A stretch of 64,000 nt of DNA, taken from a virus. Taxonomy: Duplodnaviria; Heunggongvirae; Uroviricota; Caudoviricetes. The position numbers and the translations under genes were made by a program. Positions 1 through 8,852 of the stretch are shown in pieces. Below the pieces are notes generated by a model. The model did no database searches. It was not told the DNA's origin and saw nothing but the letters and a program-made list of their open reading frames with translations. The stretch lies in IMG/VR virus record IMGVR_UViG_3300029725_000197, one strand, 5' to 3'. The number at the start of each line of letters is the position of its first letter. The stretch's first letter is position 1.

Positions 1-131
1 GGTCGGTCCTCTGTGACATCCGGGACGAGGTGGATGCTCTGGACACACTCCTGCAAGATACCCGGCTGAACCGCAGACGTATGCAGGGTGCTGTTCGGAT
101 CATCCAGCAGATGATCAACCGGGAATTATAA
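1..131 (+). CDS. 3' fragment of an upstream gene (…IQQMINREL*), hypothetical
   Basis: Open frame running in from the window edge, TAA at 129-131. Confidence 0.3.
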   Translation, partial: SVLCDIRDEVDALDTLLQDTRLNRRRMQGAVRIIQQMINREL

Positions 132-230
132 GCACTTGTAGTTATAAAAACACGGCGTTTTTGTCGGAAGGACACGGACGCATAAATGGACGTATAAATA
201 TGCGCCGCAGAGATAGAGAGGAAAATTGAT

Positions 231-1298
231 ATGAAAACAGGAAGAAATTTGCAGGAAGTCCTGGTCGAACTGAACCGTCAGAATCAGGCAAAGCAGGATT
301 TTATCAGTCCGGCGCAGGGAATGCGCCTCCGGGAAGATGGACACACCTTCGAGATCAATCATCTTACGACCAGCCAGCAGGAAGTGTTCGGTACGACCTC
401 GCTGTTCCATCGTCAGGTGGCATCAGCACTGGGTATCCCGGCCAAATACTATGATCTCATGCAGGCACAGAAGCCGGAACTGCTGGCAGAGAATGTGAAC
501 AGCTGGTTTTCGGACAAGCCCAGTTCTTACATGGTCCGCTCTATGGATTACGGTGCCGGACAGGTGGCTCGTGCGCTGCTGTCGGAACGCTATCGCCGTA
601 TCGACAACATGGAGATTGCCACGGCTGTCCTGCCGCTGTTTGCAGGCAACGACCAGTACGAGGTCATGTCCTGCGAGGTGACGGAGAACCGTCTGTACCT
701 CAAGGTGGTCAATCACCGTCTGGAGATGGAAGTCCGCAAGGGCGACATCGTCCAGGCTGGCGTGATGATCTCCAACTCCGAGGTCGGTCTGGGAGCTGTG
801 TCGATTCAGCCGCTGGTATACCGTCTGGTCTGCACCAACGGCATGGTGGTCAATGACATGGGCGAACGCCGTCATCATGTGGGCCGGCAGGCAAAAGCAG
901 TGGAGGACAGCTTTGCCCTGTATTCGGATGAGACGATGGAAGCAGAGGACAAGGCATTCCTGCTGAAACTCCGCGATACCACGATGGCTGCCATTGATGA
1001 GGCTCGCTTTTTCCAGGTGGTCGGCCGCCTGCAGGAATCTATGGCAGTGCCGATCACCGGCAGGGTACAGGATGTGGTGCAGCTGACTGCCCAGAGCTAT
1101 GGCATCAATGCCGAGGAACAGGAAGGTATCCTCAAGTACCTCATTGAAGGCGGAGACCTTTCTCTGTACGGTCTGTCTAATGCGGTGACCCGTGCATCGC
1201 AGGATGTTGTTTCCTATGACCGTGCTACCACACTGGAGGGCATCGGCTGGCAGGTTGCCACGATGGAGCCGCAGCAGTGGAAGCAGATCAATCAGTGA
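231..1298 (+). CDS. DUF932-family phage/plasmid protein
   Basis: 355 aa. RBS 'gagagagg' upstream. Size and sequence look like the DUF932/TIGR03299 proteins of phage replication regions (from memory). Confidence 0.55.
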   Translation: MKTGRNLQEVLVELNRQNQAKQDFISPAQGMRLREDGHTFEINHLTTSQQEVFGTTSLFHRQVASALGIPAKYYDLMQAQKPELLAENVNSWFSDKPSSYMVRSMDYGAGQVARALLSERYRRIDNMEIATAVLPLFAGNDQYEVMSCEVTENRLYLKVVNHRLEMEVRKGDIVQAGVMISNSEVGLGAVSIQPLVYRLVCTNGMVVNDMGERRHHVGRQAKAVEDSFALYSDETMEAEDKAFLLKLRDTTMAAIDEARFFQVVGRLQESMAVPITGRVQDVVQLTAQSYGINAEEQEGILKYLIEGGDLSLYGLSNAVTRASQDVVSYDRATTLEGIGWQVATMEPQQWKQINQ

Positions 1299-1307
1299 GG
1301 TGACGGT

Positions 1308-1544
1308 ATGGAAGATGTCATTCACTGGATCACCGAACACAAAGAGGAAGGATCTCTGAACAGGAAAGTCAGCCACAGCCACCCGGACCCGACCGCCAAT
1401 GAAGCCATCGGCAATGTGGTTCGGGAAGAGCGTAGGAAGAAGCACCAGAAAAGGAGACGCCCGAAAAGGGAATGCCAGGAAAAGAAACGTCCACGCATCG
1501 GTGTCTGGCGGGCAGAGGAGGCGAAGCCGGATGAGGGAGAATGA
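1308..1544 (+). CDS. small basic hypothetical protein (R/K-rich C-terminus)
   Basis: 78-aa ORF starting 10 nt after the DUF932 stop, RBS 'gaggtga'. Overlaps the VRR-NUC start by 14 nt. Confidence 0.3.
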   Translation: MEDVIHWITEHKEEGSLNRKVSHSHPDPTANEAIGNVVREERRKKHQKRRRPKRECQEKKRPRIGVWRAEEAKPDEGE

Positions 1545-1950
1545 AGTCGAAAAGCAGTTTGTGGAAGCAGTCAGGGCCGCCGGTGGGCAGGCCCTTAAAT
1601 TCACCAGTCAGAGTATGAACGGTGTGCCGGATCGACTGGTTTTGCTGCTTGGCGGCAAGTGTGCTTTTGTGGAACTGAAAGCTCCCGGCAAGCAGATGCG
1701 TATCCTTCAGAGAAAACGCAGACAGCAGCTGGAGGCACTGGGTTTCCCGGTATTCTGCGTAGACCGCCCGGAACAGATCCAGACTGCTATCCATGCGTTG
1801 CTTCGCTGGAAACCGGGTGAGCCTATCCCGCAGGGAATCGGTGCGAATATCCCGGAGATGCCGGAAGTTACGCTACCACAAGGAAATACACAAAGCAAGG
1901 AGCCGGAAACACGGGCACAGGATGCCGGGGAGGAGGTGATGCCCAAATGA
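1531..1950 (+). CDS. VRR-NUC domain nuclease
   Basis: 'GVPDRLVLLLGGKCAFVELKAPGK' matches the VRR-NUC core (hxxD…ExK). RBS GAGGAGG 9 nt before ATG 1531. Typically paired with phage SNF2 helicases. Confidence 0.75.
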   Translation: MRENEVEKQFVEAVRAAGGQALKFTSQSMNGVPDRLVLLLGGKCAFVELKAPGKQMRILQRKRRQQLEALGFPVFCVDRPEQIQTAIHALLRWKPGEPIPQGIGANIPEMPEVTLPQGNTQSKEPETRAQDAGEEVMPK

Positions 1951-3329
1951 AGTTCATTCCACATGATTATCAGAGTTACTGTACGGAGTATATCAAAACA
2001 CACCCGGTCGCAGCTCTTTTTCTGGATATGGGCTTGGGTTAAGGAAAGACCGTTATCACATTGACAGCCATCAAAGACCTTATGCTGGAGACCTTCGAGG
2101 TCAGCAAGGTCCTGATCATTGCGCCGCTGCGTGTGGCCCGTGATACATGGCCGGCAGAGATCGAAAAGTGGGATCATCTGCAAGGCCTGGATATTTCTGT
2201 CATCGTAGGTGATACAAAGACCCGCATTGCAGCACTCCACCATCCGGCGATGATCTATGTCATCAACCGTGAAAATATCAAATGGCTGGTGGAGTATTAT
2301 GAGAAAAACGGAATGCGCTGGGATTTTGGCATGGTCGTGATCGATGAGCTGTCATCGTTCAAGAACTACCAGTCCCAGCGTTTTAAATTCCTGCGGAAAG
2401 TCCGCCCGTATGTGAAACGATGGGTCGGATTGACCGGCACCCCTTCTTCCAATGGTCTCATGGATCTTTGGGCGGAGATCGGGATTCTGGATGGCGGGGA
2501 GCGGCTTGGCAAATTCATCGGCCGGTACCGGGAAGCTTATTTCAAGGCCTCTTCCATGAATCCTTCCACGGGTGTTGTGTTCCAATACAAGCCCAGAGAA
2601 GGAGCAGAGGAGCTGATCTACCAGAGGATCTCGGATATCACGATTTCCATGAAAGCACTGGATTACCTTCATATGCCAGACTGTATTCCAAGTCGGTACG
2701 AGGTGGAGATGAGCGCACCGGAGCGAGAACTCTACGATATGCTTCGGAAGGACCTGTTGATCCCGCTGAAAGATGGTGACATAGATGCTGCCAATGCCGC
2801 ATCACTGACAGGGAAGCTGTTGCAGATGAGCAATGGTGCTGTCTATGACGAGAACGGCAAAGCACGAGTCATCCATGACCACAAGCTGGAAGCTCTCGAA
2901 GACCTGATCGAAGCGGCCAATGGACAGCCAGTGCTAGTGGCCTACTGGTTCAAGCATGACCGCCAGCGCATCATGGAGCATCTGGCAAAGCAGAGGATTC
3001 CGGTACGGGATATCAAGAGCAGCACCGACATCAGGGACTGGAATGCCGGGAACATCCCGGTTGCCCTGATTCATCCGGCATCGGCCGGACACGGTTTGAA
3101 CATCCAGCAAGGCGGACACATCCTGATCTGGTTTGGATTGACATGGAGCCTGGAATTGTATCAGCAGACCAATGCCAGACTCTGGCGGCAGGGGCAGACG
3201 GATGTGGTCACCATCCACCATATCATCACCAAGGACACGGTGGACGAGGATGTCATGGCGGCTTTGGAGCAGAAGGACATGACACAGGAAAAACTGATCT
3301 CAGCGGTCAAGGCACAGCTGGGGAGATAG
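1947..3329 (+). pseudogene. SNF2-family helicase with an in-frame TAA at 2040-2042 inside the Walker A motif (DMGLG*GKT)
   Basis: ATG 1947 overlaps the VRR-NUC stop (ATGA). The frame reads MKFIPHDYQSY…LDMGLG-TAA-GKTVITL… then 422 aa of clean SNF2 helicase (Walker A, DEAH-like 'VVIDELS', HELICc). The N-terminal 31 aa and the rest share one frame, separated only by the stop. Confidence 0.6.
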
Positions 3330-3337
3330 GAGAGAAT

Positions 3338-4069
3338 ATGAAAAAGTATCTGTTTTTGAATGCAGAGGACCGCCGTCCGGCAGAGGAGAGCGATTATCGT
3401 TATAAAAAGTCCAAGCCGGTAACGGCAATGAAAGCCAAGAGAGACGAAGAGGGATTCTTCATCCCCTGGGCAATGTTTCGGCCGATTGGCGAAAAGGGAC
3501 TTCTTTGTGAGCTCTTTGGTGCGAATCCGATCCGCAGGGCAGCAGACCTGCGGATGAACCGGGATCTTCTCATGAAGGAAGCCTATGAGCATGAAGTGGA
3601 ACTTCTGATGTGCCATATCCGGGCAAGTGAGCTCTGGATGCAGCAGGAATTCTGTAAGGAAGAACAGGCTATGGAACTGTATCAGAAATCCAAGATCCAG
3701 AATATGCCCAAGCTCACCCCGGATGGGAAACGAAAGATCCTGTTGGATGCAGTCACATGGAAATATGACTGTGTCCAGCAGTACAAAAAGATCTGTTTTC
3801 AGTTTGCAGAGGCAGTCATTGCAAGGGAAAAGAGCCAGAATCTGGAGAATACGAACCGGGAGCACTTTATCGAGCAGTTTATCAAGAAAGCAAATGAACT
3901 GCCGGAAGCAAACCGCCGTTTGCTGGATCTTTTGTATGAAACGGCATGGCACACAATCTATGTTTTTAAATACGGTATTGCTCCAGAGAAGGTGCCGGCT
4001 CCCTGGTATGACAAGATGGGAGGCGTTGAAAATGAGCAGAGTAAGAAATGCTGCAATTGCTGTCAGTGA
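3338..4069 (+). CDS. hypothetical phage protein
   Basis: RBS 'ggagataggagag' before ATG 3338. 243 aa, no recognised domain. Confidence 0.5.
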   Translation: MKKYLFLNAEDRRPAEESDYRYKKSKPVTAMKAKRDEEGFFIPWAMFRPIGEKGLLCELFGANPIRRAADLRMNRDLLMKEAYEHEVELLMCHIRASELWMQQEFCKEEQAMELYQKSKIQNMPKLTPDGKRKILLDAVTWKYDCVQQYKKICFQFAEAVIAREKSQNLENTNREHFIEQFIKKANELPEANRRLLDLLYETAWHTIYVFKYGIAPEKVPAPWYDKMGGVENEQSKKCCNCCQ

Positions 4070-4340
4070 AAATATGGCCTGCTATGAGAACCTGGCAAAC
4101 GCCATCATCCTGCAGGCGGTCAAGGATTATAAGCGGGTACTTCACCGGCTGGATGTCAATCCAAAGAACCGGGATGCAATGCACGAGAAAGAAAGATTGG
4201 AACGATTCTTTCACTCTCCGTGGTATGAGACGCTTACGGATCTGGATGCAGACCGCCTGATCGAAGGGGTGCAGGAGCGGGTGCTTCAGGAAGCAGCCAA
4301 GCGGCGAAAGAAGAAAGCCACCGGGAAAGCGTCCGGATAA
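4032..4340 (+). CDS. hypothetical phage protein
   Basis: RBS GGGAGG before ATG 4032. 102 aa, overlaps the upstream gene by 38 nt. Confidence 0.45.
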   Translation: MSRVRNAAIAVSENMACYENLANAIILQAVKDYKRVLHRLDVNPKNRDAMHEKERLERFFHSPWYETLTDLDADRLIEGVQERVLQEAAKRRKKKATGKASG

Positions 4341-4375
4341 AAATCAATCGGATCGGTCAGAAAGGAGGACGAACT

Positions 4376-4924
4376 ATGGCTGAGGAAAAGAATGTGGCAA
4401 CTGTCACAAAGCCTGAACAGGTGGATTGTCTGGAGCTGGTCAAAAAACTGGCCGATTCCTATCGCTGTTTGATCCGCAGGCGGGAACTGCTCCGACAGCA
4501 GTATGAAGAATCGAAGTCATGGTTTTACACGAAAGAAGAGATCATCTATAAACTGTCACAGGGCGCACATGAGGAATCCGAACGGGTGCAGACAAGCGGA
4601 CTGTCGAACCCGGTGGAACGCACGGTCCTTAATTGCGATAAGGTGCTGGCATCCATGAACCGGGAAGTGCAGACACAGCGCACGGAGCAGTTTCTGGAGC
4701 CTTACTATGAGGTTTGTGAGCAGATCGAACTCTTTGAGATCGGGCTTCGCAGTCTGCGCGGCCAGACCCGGCTTGTGGCGGAGCAGTTGTTTGTGGATGG
4801 GAAGAAGCAGTCGGAGATTACGGGGGCGGAAGGAAAATTGCTGACCCGGAGAACGGTAGTCCGAGAGAAAGAAAATGCCCTTATTGGAATGGCCGACACA
4901 ATTGGCCGCTATCAGAGGAGGTGA
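4376..4924 (+). CDS. ArpU/RinA-like (sigma-70 region-4-like HTH) phage transcriptional regulator
   Basis: RBS AGGAGG before ATG 4376. C-terminal 'LRSLRGQTRLVAEQLFVDGKKQSEITGAEGKLLTRRTVVREKENAL' resembles the ArpU / sigma r4 HTH of phage late-gene activators. Confidence 0.45.
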   Translation: MAEEKNVATVTKPEQVDCLELVKKLADSYRCLIRRRELLRQQYEESKSWFYTKEEIIYKLSQGAHEESERVQTSGLSNPVERTVLNCDKVLASMNREVQTQRTEQFLEPYYEVCEQIELFEIGLRSLRGQTRLVAEQLFVDGKKQSEITGAEGKLLTRRTVVREKENALIGMADTIGRYQRR

Positions 4925-4932
4925 TACGGAAT

Positions 4933-5379
4933 ATGAAACAGGAAACAGCAGAGGACATGCTGGATTTTGCAAAAGAAGTCTGCCAGAAATACAGCAGGGT
5001 AAAAACGCTGGCGGAGGAAACACAAGTGCAGTGGAGGCGGGATCTTGAAATGGCTGCGGATTCTAAATATCCGGGTGAAAAGGAAATGTATGACCGGCAG
5101 GCAGAAGAAAGCCTTGCAAGGTATACAGCTCTAAGAGAGTGGCTTAAGCTGGCTGATGCAGCGGCGTTTCGGATCAGAGACAGTAAGGCACAGGTCGTTG
5201 TGAGACAGCACTGTCTGGACCGGATTCCTCTGAAAGCAGTCGAATTTGAGAATGGGAAGCACATGGGAAAAACAGCCGTCTTTTATCATAAAAAAATCGG
5301 GCTGCAGCAGTTTTCAGAAGAGCTTCTCTCCAGCAAGGAGCAGATGCGGCAGCTGGAAAAAAAGTTCTGCAAAAACTGA
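4933..5379 (+). CDS. hypothetical phage protein
   Basis: RBS AGAGGAGG 8 nt before ATG 4933. 148 aa. Confidence 0.45.
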   Translation: MKQETAEDMLDFAKEVCQKYSRVKTLAEETQVQWRRDLEMAADSKYPGEKEMYDRQAEESLARYTALREWLKLADAAAFRIRDSKAQVVVRQHCLDRIPLKAVEFENGKHMGKTAVFYHKKIGLQQFSEELLSSKEQMRQLEKKFCKN

Positions 5380-5415
5380 ACTTTACGAACGGAAACGAAC
5401 CGTTTTTGAACTTTT

Positions 5416-5452
5416 CCTTCTTAACTGTACATCGGTTTTTTGCTATACTTTA
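5416..5452 (+). promoter_or_regulatory. sigma70-type promoter with extended -10 (TGcTATACT)
   Basis: 'TTAACT…17 nt…TGCTATACT' upstream of the MazF-like gene. Confidence 0.35.
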
Positions 5453-5478
5453 AACTAGGAAAATAGGAAAACAAAGGC

Positions 5479-5525
5479 ATAAAGATACTGGAAAGCATCC
5501 GGTGTTTTTATGCCTTTTTACATTT
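5479..5525 (+). terminator. hairpin plus T-run (GGCATAAA…TTTATGCC TTTTTACATTT)
   Basis: 8-bp stem with a long loop followed by a T-rich tract. It closes the upstream operon before the MazF-like gene. Confidence 0.35.
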
Positions 5526-5589
5526 GCGGCCGCTATGAGGATTCCATCTTCAGCGGTCTTTTTGCTATCAAACTGGAGGTGAGATCCCA

Positions 5590-6153
5590 ATGGGGAGAAA
5601 GAAAAAGAATGCCCGGTCAGCAGCACATGGACGAAAGATCCACGTTAATAAATACATCAATCAGCGAGGAAAGACCAAGAAAAGGGCCGTAGCCTCCTGT
5701 CAGCCGGCACCTAATAGAGTGCTGCTTCAGGAGATGCCGCTTACCAGATGGCCGGTACCAAAGATACCGAAGCAGTATGAGATCTGGTTTGCAGAACTGG
5801 GGAATCATTATGGCACTTCGGTGCAGAGCGGAAACCGCCCGGTTCTGGTTATCAGCAACGATATGGCAAACCGCAATTCTCCGATCATCACGGTAATCCC
5901 GATGAGTTCCAAGCTGAAGAAGCTGGAGCTGCCGGTACACATTCTGGTCACCGGGAGAGACTGCGAAATGCTCCGGGATGAGGGACTGGAAGAATCCATT
6001 CTGCTGGTGGAGCAGATCACGACCATTGACAAGATGGTCCTGTGTAACCGGCTCTGCCGTGTGACCTCGGCCAAGAAAAAGCAGGAGATCGAAGCTGCTG
6101 TTAAAAAGCAGTTTGCGATGCAGGCTTGCATGGGAAGGGAGGCGCAGGCATGA
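5590..6153 (+). CDS. PemK/MazF-family endoribonuclease-like protein with ~50-aa basic N-terminal extension
   Basis: 'YEIWFAELGNHYGTSVQSGNRPVLVISNDMANRNSPIITVIPMSS' is the PemK/MazF core. RBS GGAGGTG 8 nt before ATG 5590. Its stop overlaps the primase start (ATGA). Confidence 0.65.
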   Translation: MGRKKKNARSAAHGRKIHVNKYINQRGKTKKRAVASCQPAPNRVLLQEMPLTRWPVPKIPKQYEIWFAELGNHYGTSVQSGNRPVLVISNDMANRNSPIITVIPMSSKLKKLELPVHILVTGRDCEMLRDEGLEESILLVEQITTIDKMVLCNRLCRVTSAKKKQEIEAAVKKQFAMQACMGREAQA

Positions 6154-8579
6154 TGGACATCAAGAACATTCCGGGCAAGCTGAAAACGACCTGTAGCTTC
6201 TGTGTCTGGAAGTTTGAAAAGCGCAATGGCCAGAAGACCAAGATGCCATTTAACCCGGCAACGGGGGAACGGGCGAGGATTAATGACCTGCGTACATTCT
6301 CAGATTTCAAGAATACCCTCGTCACTTATGCAATGGGCGGCTATGACGGTATCGGTATTGCTGTTGGCAACGGAATCGGAGCATTTGATATCGACCACTG
6401 TATCCGGGAGGATGGTACGCTGAACGATACGGCGGATACCGTCCTTTCCATCTTTCCTACGGCTTATGTGGAAAAATCTCCGTCCGGCAAAGGACTGCGA
6501 GGTTTCTTTTGTGTGCCGGAAGACTACGTCTATGACAAGACGGTCTACTACATCAACAACCGAAGCAAGGGTCTGGAAGTGTATATGCCCGGTGCGACAA
6601 ACCGCTTCGTCACCGTAACGGGAGATGTTTACCGCACAGGTGAGATCCCAAACGATGAAACGGCAATGACGACACTGCTGGATACGCTGATGAAGCGAAA
6701 CAAGCAGGTGCAGCAGACCCATTTTCAGCACCATTCGTACCTGGATGATGAGGCGGTCATTGCACACGCCAACGAAGCCAGCAACTCGGAAAAGTTCAAA
6801 AAACTCTTTGCCGGTGACTGGGAGGATCTCTACGGCAGCCAGTCGGATGCAGATATGGCACTGCTGTCGATTCTGGCATTCTGGTGCGGCTGTGATGAGG
6901 AGCAGATGGACCGTATCTTCCGTACTTCCGGTCTGATGCGTGACAAGTGGGACAGAAAACAGGCTGGTTCGACTTATGGTGCAATCTCTATCCGTAACAC
7001 GGTCAATACCTGTGCGGCCGTCTATATGCCGGTCAACGCACAGGATATCGTGGATGAGGAGTTTTCCAAGCTGGATGAGGATGACTATGTCGAATTCCAG
7101 CCGGATCTCACCAAGATCACGATCACGCTGGAGGAAATGGCACCGCACACAAATGCCCGGTATGGCAGAAATGAGATCGGCATGGGCAATATGTTTGCGG
7201 ATTATTTCAAGCAGATTGCCCGGTACAACAGTGAACGTAAAGGCTGGTATGTCTATGACGGATCTGTCTGGCGGCCGGACAAAGGCAATCTCAAGGTGTC
7301 GGAACTGGCAAAGCTGCTGGCGGACAAGCTGTATGTGTTTGCCCTGACGATCACCGAAGAGGATGCCAGGAAGCGGTTCATCGACCGTGTCCGAAAACTT
7401 CAGCTGCGTAAGAACCGGGAAACAATGTTAAGAGATGCCATGTCCGTGTACCCGATCTCCATGCAGGCATTCGACAGGAACAAGTATTTCTTCAACTGCA
7501 AAAATGGAACGTTGGATATGAGGACACTAGAATTCAGGGAACATCGGCCGGAGGATTATCTCACAATGGAATCCGGTATTACCTATGACCCGGATGCAGA
7601 CTGTCCACGCTGGCACTCGTTTATCAAGGAGGTCATGTGTGGAGATGCGGATCTGGCAGACTTTCTTCAGCGTTCTTTGGGATACGCCCTGACAGGAGAT
7701 ACCTCGCAGGAGTGTATGTTTATCCTTTACGGTGCCACTTCTCGAAACGGCAAAGGCACTGCAATGGAAACATTCCTGAAGATCATGGGCGACTATGGAA
7801 AGACATCGAATCCGGATATGCTGGCAGCTAAATTCCGTGGCGGGAACACAGGCGGACCTTCGGAAGAAGTGGCTCGTCTGGTCGGCTCCAGATTTGTAAA
7901 TATCTCTGAGCCGGAGAAGAAGATCACATTTAATGCAGCTCTCGTAAAAAGAATGACCGGCAACGATACCATCAACGCCCGATTCCTAAATGAGAACAGC
8001 TTTGATTTTGTGCCCGTGTTCAAGATTTTTATCAATACGAACTACCTGCCTAATGTCAATGATATGACTTTGTTCCAATCCGGCCGACTGAAGATCATCC
8101 CATTTAACCGTCACTTTGAAGAGGGAGAACAGGACCAGGGGCTGAAAGGACAGTTTGCGAAGCCGGAGAACCTGTCAGGTATTTTCAACTGGTGTCTGGA
8201 AGGGTACAAAAAGTTCTGCCAGCGGGGTTTGGAACTTCCGCAGGCTGTCACGAAAGCCACGGAAGATTACAAGGATGATTCTGATCGGATCGGGCAGTTC
8301 ATTGAGGCGTGGCTTGAAAAAGAGGATGGGTCGGAACTTCGGACGGCAGCAGCATACCAGCTGTACACAAAGTGGTGTGAGGAGAACGGGTATTCCTCAG
8401 AGAACCAGAAGAACTTTAAAAATGCTATCGGCGTGCATTTCAAAGTGGTCCGAAAGCGCCCCAAAGGCGGTGGCGGACAGACTACGCTGATCATGGACTG
8501 CAAGTTCAAGGAAGTAGAATCTGGAGCGGAAGACCTGACGGTACAGGACGCATATAAGCCAAAGGACAGTCTTTTGTAA
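6150..8579 (+). CDS. phage primase-helicase (prim-pol N-terminus + D5_N + P4-family SF3 helicase C-terminus)
   Basis: RBS GGGAGG before ATG 6150. Motifs 'GIGIAVGNGIGAFDIDHC' (prim-pol) and Walker A 'GATSRNGKGT' with the P4-primase C-terminal layout. Confidence 0.85.
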   Translation: MMDIKNIPGKLKTTCSFCVWKFEKRNGQKTKMPFNPATGERARINDLRTFSDFKNTLVTYAMGGYDGIGIAVGNGIGAFDIDHCIREDGTLNDTADTVLSIFPTAYVEKSPSGKGLRGFFCVPEDYVYDKTVYYINNRSKGLEVYMPGATNRFVTVTGDVYRTGEIPNDETAMTTLLDTLMKRNKQVQQTHFQHHSYLDDEAVIAHANEASNSEKFKKLFAGDWEDLYGSQSDADMALLSILAFWCGCDEEQMDRIFRTSGLMRDKWDRKQAGSTYGAISIRNTVNTCAAVYMPVNAQDIVDEEFSKLDEDDYVEFQPDLTKITITLEEMAPHTNARYGRNEIGMGNMFADYFKQIARYNSERKGWYVYDGSVWRPDKGNLKVSELAKLLADKLYVFALTITEEDARKRFIDRVRKLQLRKNRETMLRDAMSVYPISMQAFDRNKYFFNCKNGTLDMRTLEFREHRPEDYLTMESGITYDPDADCPRWHSFIKEVMCGDADLADFLQRSLGYALTGDTSQECMFILYGATSRNGKGTAMETFLKIMGDYGKTSNPDMLAAKFRGGNTGGPSEEVARLVGSRFVNISEPEKKITFNAALVKRMTGNDTINARFLNENSFDFVPVFKIFINTNYLPNVNDMTLFQSGRLKIIPFNRHFEEGEQDQGLKGQFAKPENLSGIFNWCLEGYKKFCQRGLELPQAVTKATEDYKDDSDRIGQFIEAWLEKEDGSELRTAAAYQLYTKWCEENGYSSENQKNFKNAIGVHFKVVRKRPKGGGGQTTLIMDCKFKEVESGAEDLTVQDAYKPKDSLL

Positions 8580-8602
8580 CTTTTTTTTCTGATTTTGGGT
8601 GC

Positions 8603-8717
8603 TTTGTAGCATGTAGCTGGTTTGTAGCCGAGATTTCATAACCTTTTTTATTATTACTTTCTTTTATAGCTTTCTTATATAAAATTCAGCTACATGGTTG
8701 CTACATGCTACATGAGT
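8603..8717. repeat. ori-like region: inverted and direct repeats of GTAGCATGTAGC / TTTGTAGC flanking a ~60-bp AT-rich core
   Basis: 8604-8629 TTTGTAGCATGTAGCTGGTTTGTAGCC and its reverse complement at 8688-8717 CAGCTACATGGTTGCTACATGCTACATGAG. Lies directly 3' of the primase gene. Confidence 0.5.
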
Positions 8718-8852
8718 TGAGAAGAAGAAAGGAAAATAAGAGAATGAACGGAAACCATGAACAGAGACAGGGCAGGCAGTCTTTGTGGGAGCCTATTTTT
8801 GGGCAAGGGCAAAGGCGGCCTGCTTTGTGATACATGAAAGAGAGGACAGAAC

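Noticed and set aside
1399-1530. Longer VRR-NUC start at 1399
   Set aside because: It would add a 44-aa basic extension fully overlapping ORF 1308-1544. ATG 1531 has a GAGGAGG RBS and begins at the conserved domain.
423-1604. 393-aa minus-strand ORF antisense to the DUF932 gene
   Set aside because: No RBS and no recognisable sequence features. It overlaps a well-supported + strand gene, so it is a typical GC-rich shadow ORF.
6126-6149. Upstream ATG 6126 (MHGKGGAG) as primase start
   Set aside because: It lies inside the MazF-like ORF with no RBS. ATG 6150 has a GGGAGG RBS and overlaps the upstream stop in the usual coupled arrangement.
8744-8830. 29-codon uORF with RBS upstream of metK, considered as a regulatory leader peptide / S-box
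   Set aside because: No SAM-riboswitch-like conserved core is recognisable. The ORF is plausible but unsupported, so it is mentioned only under the ori finding.
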